From: Azolla caroliniana | Taxonomy: Eukaryota > Plantae > Polypodiophyta | Assembly: GCA_043228905.1 (NCBI GenBank) | Contig: JBHGNT010000004.1 | Coordinates: forward strand, 8,680,001-8,744,000 | Reading direction: 5' to 3' | Length of the DNA: 64,000 nucleotides | Shown here: positions 1 to 10,235 of the stretch, piece by piece | How positions within the stretch are numbered: the first letter of the stretch is position 1 | Layout: each line of letters begins with the position of its first letter | Made by a program: the position numbers and the translations under genes | The notes under the pieces: generated by a model | Databases searched by the model: none | Seen by the model: only the letters and a program-made list of their open reading frames with translations | Told to the model about the DNA's origin: nothing

Positions 1-18
1 TTCGGGTGTCTCGCATAC

Positions 19-2067
19 GTGCACGTGGCGAAGGACCGGAGAGGAAAGCTAGATCCGAAGACCCGGCCATGCATATTCCTCGGTTACGGCGACGACGAGT
101 TCGGCTACCGAGTATGGGACCCGGTCGACAAGAAGATATTCAGGAGTCGAGATATCGTCTTTATGGAGGACAAGACACTCGCCGACTGGGAGTCGGAGAA
201 GAAGATGAAGAGCTCCAAGTCGACCGGTGAGGATAAACTCCACGAGGAGCAGTCCCGACCGGCAAGGGACCGGTTAGCACTCGAGGACCCGGCCGAAGAC
301 GGTGAAGAAACAGAACCGGCCGAAGAAGATGAAAATGATGCCGGAACCGGCCCCGATCCCGAAATGGATTCGGATGAAGAAGAAGAATCGGAAGAACCGG
401 TTACCGAAGCTCCGAAACGGAGATACCCTCAAAGAGAGAGAAGGGCCCCCCGGAGATTTCCGGAACCAGAGCACGTGTTGCTAACCGACGAGGGGGAGCC
501 GGAGAGCTTTGAGGAAGCAAAACATGACACCCAGAGCCGCAGGTGGTTGAGTGCCATGCAGGACGAGATGGATTCCCTGCATGAGAACCACACATATGAA
601 CTTGTGGAGTTGCCGAAAGGAAAGCGGGCACTTCGAAACAAGTGGGTGTTCAAGCTGAAACCGGGAGATGCCGGAAACCCCCCGAGATACAAAGCCAGGA
701 TCGTGGTGAAGGGGTTTCAGCAGAAGAAGGGCGTCGACTTCGACGAGATATTTGCCCCGGTAGTGAAGATGACCTCCATCCGGACGGTGCTGAGCATAGC
801 GGCAAGCATGGACCTCGAGGTAGAACAGATGGACCTGAAGACGGCATTCCTTCACGGCGACCTCGATGAAGAGATCTACATGCAGCAACCGGAAGGATTC
901 GAGAAGAAAGGGAAGGAGCACCTGGTATGCCGGTTGAAGAAGAGCCTTTACGGACTGAAGCAGGCTCCCCGGCAATGGTACCGGAAGTTCGACTCCTTCA
1001 TGACCGACGAAGGGTACCTCAAAACGCAGTCCGATCACTGCGTGTTTGTGAAGAAGTTCGAAGGAGGAGACTTTCTAATACTCCTCCTGTACGTGGACGA
1101 CATGTTGATCGTCGGACGGGACCAGGTCAAGATCCGGATGCTGAAGAAGGCTCTTCACCGAACCTTCTCAATGAAGGACCTGGGTCCGGCGAGACAAATA
1201 CTAGGGATGCACATCATCCGGGACCGGAGCAAGAAGCAGTTGTGGCTTTCACAGGAGAAGTACGTGACGAAGGTGCTTCACCGGTTCAACATGTCGGAAG
1301 CAAGACCGGTCGGATCGACCCTCCCGACAAACTGCAAGCTGTCCAGCAAGCAAAGCCCCAAGACAAAGGCTGAAAAGGAGGATATGATGAAAGTGCCGTA
1401 TGCCTCAGCCGTCGGGAGCTTGATGTACGCCATGGTGTGTACGAGACCGGACATCGGACATGCAGTCGGAGTGGTGAGCCGGTACATGAGCAATCCCGGC
1501 AAAGAGCATTGGAACGCGGCCAAGTGGATACTCCGATACCTGAAGGGCACGGCAAACGTGTGCCTCCGATTCGGCTCCGGTAAGCCCGAACTCGACGGCT
1601 TCACCGATTCGGATATGTCAGCTGATGCAGATACCAGCCGGTCCACATCAGGGTATGTGATGACGTATGCAGGGGGAGCTGTTTCATGGCAGTCGAGGCT
1701 GCAGAAGACGGTTGCGCTGTCAACCACGGAGGCGGAGTACATGGCGGCTGTTGAAGCCGGCAAGGAAATAATATGGATAAAGGACTTCATTAGAGAGCTC
1801 GGTATCCGACAGGAGGAGTACCGACTCTACTGCGACAGTCAGAGTGCAATCCACCTTGCGAAGAACGCGGCCTATCACTCCCGGACGAAGCACATCCAGC
1901 GAAGATATCACTGGATCCGGGAAAGGATAGAAGACAAGGAGTTCGTGCTGACGAAGATCCACACGGACGAGAACGGGTCGGATATGCTGACCAAGGTCCT
2001 CACACCCGACAAGCTGGAAGCATGCCGGAAGAGGATCGGATTGGAGAGACATCCCATGCCGAAGTGA
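19..2067 (+). CDS. Copia Pol C-terminal part (integrase tail, RT, RNase H), open and 5'-truncated by the window edge
   Basis: Motifs GKLDPKTRPCIFLGY, YKARIVVKGF, QMDLKTAFLHG, LYGLKQAPRQWY, LLYVDDML, DSDMSAD, STTEAEY, RTKHI, DMLTK. Confidence 0.95.
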   Translation: MHVAKDRRGKLDPKTRPCIFLGYGDDEFGYRVWDPVDKKIFRSRDIVFMEDKTLADWESEKKMKSSKSTGEDKLHEEQSRPARDRLALEDPAEDGEETEPAEEDENDAGTGPDPEMDSDEEEESEEPVTEAPKRRYPQRERRAPRRFPEPEHVLLTDEGEPESFEEAKHDTQSRRWLSAMQDEMDSLHENHTYELVELPKGKRALRNKWVFKLKPGDAGNPPRYKARIVVKGFQQKKGVDFDEIFAPVVKMTSIRTVLSIAASMDLEVEQMDLKTAFLHGDLDEEIYMQQPEGFEKKGKEHLVCRLKKSLYGLKQAPRQWYRKFDSFMTDEGYLKTQSDHCVFVKKFEGGDFLILLLYVDDMLIVGRDQVKIRMLKKALHRTFSMKDLGPARQILGMHIIRDRSKKQLWLSQEKYVTKVLHRFNMSEARPVGSTLPTNCKLSSKQSPKTKAEKEDMMKVPYASAVGSLMYAMVCTRPDIGHAVGVVSRYMSNPGKEHWNAAKWILRYLKGTANVCLRFGSGKPELDGFTDSDMSADADTSRSTSGYVMTYAGGAVSWQSRLQKTVALSTTEAEYMAAVEAGKEIIWIKDFIRELGIRQEEYRLYCDSQSAIHLAKNAAYHSRTKHIQRRYHWIRERIEDKEFVLTKIHTDENGSDMLTKVLTPDKLEACRKRIGLERHPMPK

Positions 2068-2077
2068 AGGGGGAGTT

Positions 2078-2713
2078 TGTTGGGATTACGGTCCCTTCGC
2101 ATGGGATGGTCGGATATCGGAGATGAATGCCGACAAGCCTGGTTTCGGTTTCGGATCCGGATGACGAAGACCCCGGTTTCGGTACCGGATGACGAAGACC
2201 CCGGTTTCGGTACCGGATGACGAATGTACCCGGAGAGCGATCCGGATGCAGGGACATATCCGTGAATATGTTCACTATGGGCCCCTGAGGCTACAGTTGT
2301 AAATAGCCCAAAGTCATATAAGTATAAATATGACTTAGGGCAAATAGTTTAGTTGTTGCTTCTCATTTTTCTGTTTTTCCACTTAAGAGGAGTGAAGTGT
2401 AAGCAGCCGTGAGAGAGAGAGAGATAGAGCGCGAGAGAGGAAGAGGTAGACGCCTCTGTGTATTTCCGCCGCCTGTGGCGAGGACAGCGAGCTCAAGGTC
2501 GTCGCCTTGCAGCTCGCCATTGTATACTTCTCTGTATAGTGTTGGTTTGGAGTCTTGTACTCCCGTGGTTTTTCCCGTATAGGGTTTTCCACGTTAATCC
2601 CTGTGTACTCGCGTTTTGTTTCTCTTTGTGGTTCCTATTTTCTGCTCCATCGATTCGCGCTTACTCGGTTGTGGCCGAGCGGTGAAGGTGAATAGAAGCG
2701 TCTATTCCTTACA
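2078..2713 (+). repeat. 3' LTR of copia A, with a 28-bp tandem repeat (~3 units, 2157-2240) in U3
   Basis: TG...CA ends after the PPT. Unit is CCGGATGACGAAGACCCCGGTTTCGGTA. TATAAAT near 2323. Confidence 0.85.
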
Positions 2714-3940
2714 CGTCTCCGTTGTCGCTCGTACCCAATGAGGTCGAGTGTAGTGGCTGTCCACCATATCTTCATCGATTTCGTCTCTTGCCATCGTTAT
2801 GGCATTCGTTTTTGCTTTTTGCGGCTTCTCTTCTTCCTCGTCCGATTGTTGTCTCTTTCTCTTTACAAGGTCCACGATCGTGTCATGGAACTCCTTCTTC
2901 GTAATGCCAAGCAATTCCCTCAAGGACAAAGTTACGTGGCTATCAAGAACTCGTTCTTCGAGAATCTTCTTTAGGTCCGTCGTCTGCTCTATGTCCGACC
3001 TTAGCTTATAGGTAGGTATGGTCCTTGTCCTCCGAGCGGAGTCTTCGACACCAACCTTCACGGGCCGAACCGTTTCTTCAACTCGTATGCTCGGCTCCCC
3101 TTTTCGGCTTGATTCTCGTTCCTCCGTTTGTAAAGGTCGACTCGTCTCCGCATCGTCCTTCTTTTTCGCGTTCCTTGTTTCATGTCTTTTTGATGGCCCT
3201 TGCTCTTCTATTCTCTTTCTCTTTTCTTCGACGAACACCTCGTGGTTGTCGCACATCACCTCTGCGAGTATGGTGTTGTCGTCCACCGGATCCGACCACC
3301 CGGTTATGCTTTGCACGCTTCGGTCAGCAAGCTCTACCTCGTTCGATGTGATTTTTCCCTTCTTCTCATATTCGAGAACGGAAGTCCAAAACTTTGCTCC
3401 CGCTCTAGCAGCTTCAGTCTTGTCTTTCCCGACTCTTATTCCGGCCGACGCAGCATAGTGCATCGCATCCACATGAGTCGCATCGGCATCCTCCATAGAT
3501 CTCTTCATTCCTCCTCTTCCGAAATTCACCCGTAGGGGTCTTCTAGTCTCACTTGAGCAGATCATGTTGTCCTCTATGTATACGATATTTTGTCGAATCG
3601 CCTCTCGAAGGCTCGCACAATCCCTTCTCATGTGGTCCATGCTATCGCACCACACGCATCTAAAGGGTTCTTTTCCTTTAGGGCCCCGATGATTCATGTT
3701 GGATAGAGTGACCTTCTCGAACTTCTTCGCTAGCTCTTCAATGATGTCGTCATCAATCTTCTTTTCTTCCACGTTACTTTGTCTTGGCGGCTCAGCTACT
3801 TTCAACGGTCTTGCTTTCTCCGTGGTAGTCGGTCCCGTCAAGTCGGTGTCATCAACCCATTGGCGACGCTTGTCGAGCCTATTGCATGCCCGCTTCACCG
3901 CGATCTAGTCCGCTACGAGCCCATTTGCTTGGGTATCATT
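2714..3940 (-). pseudogene. gypsy gag, C-terminal part
   Basis: CX2CX4HX4C knuckle and YKLRSDIEQ...LRELLGI, homologous to 61241-62464. Confidence 0.85.
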
Positions 3941-4603
3941 TGTTGGAAGACAGGTCCCTCCGGATGGGGAGAACCCGACTTCGGAGAGTCGGATGGTGTA
4001 GGCCCGGTATGAACCGGATGGGGAGAACCCGACTTCGGAGAGTCGGATGGTGTAGGCCCGGTATGAACTGGATGAGGAGTACCGGACTGCAGAGAGTCGG
4101 ATGGTGTAGGCCCGGTATGAACCGGATGAGGAGTACCCGACTACGGAGAGCCGGATGGAGCCCATCGAGGCTACATTGGTAAATAGCCGAAAAGTCATAT
4201 TAGTATAAATATGACTTAGGGCAAACTTATGTTTTTTTGAGTAGTCGTTGTTGTTTCTGTTATTATTCTTCGTTGTTGGTGCAAGAAGAAATTAGAGCGC
4301 GTAACTGTATAGAGAGAGAGAGAGACGAGGTCGTTGCCTCTGTTGTAACCGCCGCCTGTGGCGAAGATCTGAGAGCACGAGGTCGTTGACTCGGTGATCT
4401 CACTGTTGTATATTTCTACATAGTGACAGTTTGCAGCTTGTGGGCTGCCGTGGTTTTTCCCCTATTTTGGGGTTTTCCACGTATACCTCCTGTGTACCAT
4501 TTCTCCTCTTTTGTGTCGCGTTTCATTACCTGTTTTTTCTGTGTATGAAAAGAATCTTAGTTGTGGCCGAGCGTCGGACATAAGGAACGTCGAGTTCTCG
4601 ACA
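3941..4603 (+). repeat. 5' LTR of copia B with 54-bp tandem repeat (3960-~4160)
   Basis: TGTTGG...CGACA, nearly identical to 8706-9368. Confidence 0.95.
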
Positions 4604-4605
4604 AG

Positions 4606-4617
4606 TGGTATCAGAGC
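4606..4617 (+). promoter_or_regulatory. Primer-binding site, tRNA-iMet
   Basis: TGGTATCAGAGC 2 nt after the LTR end. Confidence 0.95.
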
Positions 4618-4633
4618 GAGGTTGACACAGAAA

Positions 4634-7600
4634 ATGGACGAATCGTTTGGCGGCATGTTCAAGCTCACCGGCTCCAACTATTCAGTGTGGAAGTCGAAGA
4701 TGAGGGACATGCTCGTGGTTAAAGACCTCTGGCTGCCGGTTCAGTTCGGGGACAAGAGACCGGACAAAATCGACGCCGTGATATGGGAGGTGATGCACAT
4801 GAAGACAACGGCGTACATACGGTGCTTCATGGACATGAGCCTGTACAACAACTTCAATGAAGAGAGCAAGGCTCATGAGCTCTGGGAGAAGATCGGCATG
4901 ATGTTCCAGAACAAAAATGCTGTCAATCAGGCGTCGGTATTCCGGAAGCTTGTAAGACTCCGGTACCAAGATGGCTCCAGCATGGCGGAGCATATGAATG
5001 CCTTCCAGGGGCTGATTCACCAGGCAACTTCATTGGAAGTACCTCTTGCCGATGAAGTCCTAGCGCTACTCCTGCTCGGTTCTCTCCCGGATAGCTGGGA
5101 GACGTTGGTTGTTACTTTGGGCAACGCCGGGCCGGAAGGAAAACGGTTATCCCTGGCAAGAGTAAAGTCGAACTTGCTAGATGAGGAGGCTCGTCGGAAA
5201 GACAAAGATACGAGCTCCGACTCCAAAGCGCTCCTTACCAAATCGGAACGCGGAAGACATAGAAACTGTAGTCCCCAAAACCGAGAGAAGTCGGGGACAC
5301 GATCAAAGTCAAGGGGGAGGCCTACTTGCTTCTATTGCGGCAAGCCGGGACACTTCCAAAAGAACTGTCGGCATTTCCGTAAAGACAAGGAAACCGACGG
5401 TACCGATTCGAAGCAAACCCCGAACCGGAACGTTACAGACCGGAACGGTAAAGACCGGAGGGGGCCGGACCGGAAGGCAACGACGGCAATTGCGGCAAGT
5501 GAAGAGGAGTTGATGCTCATCACCGAGGAGAGTGAGATAAACCATGCCGGCGATGAGATGACCTGGGTGGTAGATTCCGGAGCGTTGTTCCACCTTACCC
5601 CGGACCGGAAATGCTTCTCATCCTACTCATCCGGTGATCACGGCTGTGTCCGGATGGGGAATGAAGGAACATGCCGAATTGTCGGCATAGGAGACGTGTG
5701 GCTGACAACACCAACCGGATGCAAGTTGCTGTTGAAAGATGTCTGACACGTTCCGGAAGTTCGTCTGAACCTGATATCAGCCGGTCGGCTAGATGATGAA
5801 GGCTACACGGGTAGCATCCGGAACGGTGTCATGAAGTTCAGCAAAGGGAGCCTGATTGTGGCTCGGGCCTGGAAGGTAAACACATTGTACCTGATGAATG
5901 CCCAGTTATGTCCGGAAGAAGTGAACGTGGCTTCCGACACTGCCGGTGAGCTGTGGCACAAGAGGCTATGTCACATGAGTGAGAAGGGGATGAAGAGGCC
6001 TGGAGACGACAACCTCATTCCAGTGAAGAACGTGCACTTAGAGAAGTGCACTGATTGTCTGGCCGGTAAGCAGAACCGGACCTCCTTCCGACCAAGGCCA
6101 CCGATGAGACGTAATGCACCACTGGAGTTGGTGCATACGGATGTTTGTCAAGTAGACACGAAGTCACATGCCGGAGCGCAGTACTTCGTGACGTTCATAG
6201 ATGACCACAGCCGGAAGCTGTGGGCCACACCGCTGAAGACGAAGGATCAAGTGTTATCCGTTTTCAAAGAGCTCCACGCGAGAGTGGAAAGAGAAACCGG
6301 CCGGAAGCTGAAGGCGGTTCGAGCAGATAACGGAGGTGAGTACCGGGGGCAGTTCGAGGAGTACTGCCGCTCGAAGGGAATCCGGCTCGAATTTACCGTG
6401 CCGAAGACGCCGGAGCTAAACGGACTGGCCGAGAGGATGAACCGGACCATAATGGAGAGGGTCCGGAGTATGCTAGCGCATGCAAAACTACCCAAGAAGT
6501 TTTGGGCTGAGGCACTGTCGACGGCAACATATGTGATAAATAGATCACCCTTAGTACCCCTGGACGGAGACACGCCACAGAGAGTATGGACCGGTAAGGA
6601 AGTGTCCTACCGGCATCTAAGGGTGTTCGGGTGTCTCGCGTACGTGCATGTAGCAAAGGACTGGAGAGGAAAGCTAGATCCAAAGACCCGGCCATGCATA
6701 TTCCTCGGTTACGGTGACGATGAGTTCGGCTACCGAGTGTGGGACCCGGTCGACAAGAAGATATTCCGGAGTCGAGATATTATCTTCCTGGAGGACAAGA
6801 CGCTCGCCGACTGGGAGTCGGAGAAGAAGATAGTGAACTCCGAGTCGACCGGTAAGGATAGACTCTACAATGAGCAGACCCAACCGGCAAGAGACCGGTT
6901 AGCACTCGAGGAACCAGCCGGTTACGGTGAGGATACCGAACCGGCAGAAGAAGAAGTAGAGGAAGCTGAGACTGGAACCGGTCAAGATACCGAATCGGAT
7001 TCGGATGAAGAGCAAATGGAGGAACCGATTACCGAAGCCCGAAGACGTAGATATCCTCTCAGAGAGAGAAGGGCGCCCCGGAGATTTCCGGATGTAGAGC
7101 ATGTCCTGCTAACCGATGAGGGGGAGCCGGAAAGCCTCGAAGAAGCGAAGGAAGACACCCACAGCCGATAATGGTTAAGTGCCATGCAAGATGAGATGGA
7201 TTCCCTGCATGAGAACCATACGTACGAATTGGTGGAGCTGCCGAAAGAAAAGCGGGCACTCCGAAACAAGTGGGTGTTCAAGTTGAAACCGGGAGATGCC
7301 GGCAACCCCCCGAGATACAAAGCCAGGATCGTGGTGAAGGGGTTCCAGCAGAAGAAGGGCGTGGACTTCGACGAAATATTCGCCCCGGTAGTAAAGATGA
7401 CCTCCATCCGGACGATGCTGAGTATAGCAGCAAGCATGGATCTCGAGGTAGAGCAGTTGGACGTGAAGACGGCATTCCTCCATGGCGACCTTGAAGAGGA
7501 AATCTACATGCAGCAACCGGAAGGATTTGTGGAGAAAGGGAAGGAGCACCTGGTATGCCGATTGAAGAAGAGCCTGTACGGACTGAAGCAGGCTACCCGG

Positions 7601-8695
7601 CAATGGTATCGGAAGTTCGACTCCTTCATGACCGATCAAGGGTACCACAAGACGCAGGCCGATCACTGCGTGTTTGTGAAGAAGTTCGAAGGAGGGGACT
7701 TCCTGATACTCCTCCTGTACGTGGATGACATGTTGATCGTCGGACGAGACAAAGGCAAAATACGGATGCTGAAGAAGGCTCTCAACCGGACCTTCTCAAT
7801 GAAAGACCTGGGTCCGGCAAGACAGATGTTGGGGATGCACATCATTCGGGACCGGTCAGTGAAGCAACTATAGCTGTCACAGGAGAAGTATGTGACAAAG
7901 GTGCTTCACCGGTTCAACATGTCAGATGTAAAACCGGTCGGATCGACACTTCCGGCAAACTGCAAGTTGTCCGGCAAGCAAAGCCCGAAGACAAAGGGAG
8001 AGAAGGCAGATATGATGAAGATTCCATATGCCTCTGCCGTCGGGAGCTTGATGTACGCCATGGTTTGTACCCGATCGGACATTGGATATGCAGTCGGAGT
8101 GGTGAGCCGGTTCATGAGTAATCCCGGCAAGGAGCATTGGAACGCGGTCAAATGGATAGTCCGGTATTTGAAGGGCACTTCAAATATGTGTCTCCGATTC
8201 GGCACCGGAAAACCTCAACTGGACGGTTTCACCGATTCGGACATGTCGGCTGATGTGGATACCAGCCGGTCTACATCCGGGTATGTGATGACATATGCAG
8301 GGGGAGCTGTCTCATGGCAGTCGAGGCTGCAGAAGACGGTTGCATTGTGAACCACAGAGGCGGAGTACATGGCGGCTGTGGAAGCCGGCAAGGAAATATT
8401 ATGGATGAAGGACTTCATCGGGGAGCTCGGTATCCGGCAAGAGGAATACCGACTCTACTGCGACAGTCAAAGTGCCATCCACCTTGCTAAGAATGCGGCC
8501 TACCATTCCCGGACGAAGCATATCCAGCGGAGGTATCACTGGATCCGGGAAAGGGTAGATGACCAGGAGTTTGCATTGGTGAAGATCCACACGGCCGAGA
8601 ATGGGTCAGATATGCTGACCAAAGTGCTGACACCCGACAAGCTGGACGCATGCCGGAAGAGGATCGGGCTGGAAAGACACCCCATGCCGGAGTGA
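4634..8695 (+). pseudogene. copia gag-pol (Gag, Zn knuckle, PR, IN, RT, RNase H) with in-frame stops near 5744, 7169, 7871, 8348
   Basis: Consecutive same-frame ORF pieces carrying CFYCGKPGHFQKNC, WVVDSGA, LVHTDVC, VRADNGGEY, NGLAERMNRT, YVDDML. Confidence 0.93.
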
Positions 8696-8705
8696 AGGGG
8701 GAGTT

Positions 8706-9368
8706 TGTTGGAAGACAGGTCCCTCCGGATGGGGAGAACCCGACTTCGGAGAGTCGGATGGTGTAGGCCCGGTATGAACCGGATGGGGAGAACCCGACTT
8801 CGGAGAGTCGGATGGTGTAGGCCTGGTATGAACCGGATGAGGAGTACCCGACTGCGGAGAGTCGGATGGTGTAGGCCCGGTATGAACCGGATGAGGAGTA
8901 CCCGACTACGGAGAGCCGGATGGAGCCCATCGAGGCTACATTGGTAAATAGCCGAAAAGTCATATTAGTATAAATATGACTTAGGGCAAACTTATTTTTT
9001 TTTGAGTAGTCGTTGTTGTTTCTGTTATTATTCTTCGTTGTTGGTGCAAGAAGAAATTAGAGCGCGTAACTGTATAGAGAGAGAGAGAGACGAGGTCGTT
9101 GCCTCTGTTGTAACCGCCGCCTGTGGCGAAGATCTGAGAGCACGAGGTCGTTGACTCGGTGATCTCATTGTTGTATATTTCTGCATAGTGACAGTTTGCA
9201 GCTTGTGGGCTGCCGTGGTTTTTCCCCTATTTTGGGGTTTTCCACGTATACCTCCTGTGTACCATTTCTCCTCTTTTGTGTCGCGTTTCATTACCTGTTT
9301 TTTCTGTCTATGAAAAGAATCTTGGTTGTGGCCGAGCGTCGGACATAAGGAACGTCGAGTTCTCAACA
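8706..9368 (+). repeat. 3' LTR of copia B
   Basis: Direct repeat of 3941-4603, preceded by the PPT. Confidence 0.95.
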
Positions 9369-9922
9369 TCATCTTCGAGAAGAGTCCCCAACTCCCGTCT
9401 ATCCTTTATGTCCACGGCCTTCAAGAAGTACAAAGTCTTGTCCTCTTCAAGCAACACTTGGTCCGTAGTGGGGAGACGACTAAACATCTGGTCGAATTCG
9501 TCGTACACCCTCGAGACGCTCATCTTCTTATTGTTCTTCTCTATCCACTTCATCAGGGCATGTCGAGTCATCCTCGTTGAGTCTTCAGTCACGAACTCCG
9601 CTAGTATCGTTTTCTCGAACTCGGACCATGTTGTCTTACCTTCTTGAAGCTCGATGACGCGTCTTTGGATGTTGTTGGCGACAACTCTCTTGAAGCTTGC
9701 GATTTGATGTGCCTCGGACACGTCCCTTTGATTCATCTCCCTCTTATATGCATCAAGGAACTTCGTAACATTCCTTCCATCGAATTGGCCCTCGAGCTCT
9801 ACGACACGATCGACAGCCTTCTCCACGCTCGCGTCGTTGTCCCGAGATCTCATCATTTGCTCGACGATTAGCATCATCCTTTCGAGCTCTCCTGCTTGGT
9901 TGCTTGAGGTCGCCATCTCCAA
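9369..9922 (-). pseudogene. gypsy gag, N-terminal part
   Basis: GQFDGRNVTKFLDAY...WSEFEK..., homologous to 62477-63424. Confidence 0.85.
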
Positions 9923-9959
9923 GTATTAATCTCGACTTGATCGTTCCTACCGCCTCTTT

Positions 9960-9975
9960 CACGTCGGGTTCACCA
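9960..9975 (-). promoter_or_regulatory. Primer-binding site, tRNA-Trp
   Basis: Minus strand TGGTGAACCCGACGTG, complementary to the plant tRNA-Trp 3' end (...CACGUCGGGUUCACCA). Same motif at 54425 and 63455. Confidence 0.85.
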
Positions 9976-9983
9976 CTTAATTA

Positions 9984-10235
9984 TGTCGTGAAGATCCGTC
10001 ACTACGCGCGGATCGTGAGGCGGAACCGTCGGGGTTCTGGACCAGAAGGATTTAGAGTCGATACAAGCTTTGGCGAGAAAGTACTTAAAATTGATCGGGT
10101 AATCTCAACTTCTCTCTTTCCCAATCTATCTTAAGTACTTTCTCGCCAAAGCTTGTATCGACTCTAAATCCTTCTGGTCCAGAACCCCGACGGTTCCGCC
10201 TCACGATCCGTGCGTAGTGACGGATCTTCACGACA
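9984..10235. repeat. Fold-back LTR end: 105-bp inverted repeat with a 42-bp spacer
   Basis: 9984-10088 is the reverse complement of 10131-10235 with one mismatch. Ends are TGTCGTG...CACGACA. Confidence 0.95.

Larger units (their letters stand above)
1..2713 (+). mobile_element. Ty1/copia LTR retrotransposon copy A (5' part outside window)
   Basis: Pol ORF ends at 2067. PPT GAAGGGGGAG at 2066-2075. 3' LTR TGTTGG...CCTTACA at 2078-2713, after which an interrupted gypsy gag resumes. Confidence 0.95.
3941..9368 (+). mobile_element. Full-length Ty1/copia copy B, gag-pol broken by nonsense mutations
   Basis: 663-bp LTRs at 3941-4603 and 8706-9368. PBS TGGTATCAGAGC at 4606-4617. PPT at ~8694-8703. 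TSD TCATT/TCATC (3936-3940 / 9369-9373). Confidence 0.96.
2714..10235 (-). mobile_element. Ty3/gypsy (non-chromovirus, tRNA-Trp PBS) 5' part: gag split by copia B and cut at 2714 by copia A
   Basis: ORFs 9308-9922 and 2702-3898 join across the copia B insertion (...GTLLEDD|TQANGLVAD*IAVKRAC...) and align with the gag at 61241-63547. Zinc knuckle CVWCDSMDHMRRDC. PBS at 9960-9975. Confidence 0.9.

Noticed and set aside
9960-9975. tRNA gene fragments (also 54425, 63455, 10586)
   Set aside because: Only 16-nt 3'-end matches including CCA, next to LTR ends. These are primer-binding sites with no cloverleaf.
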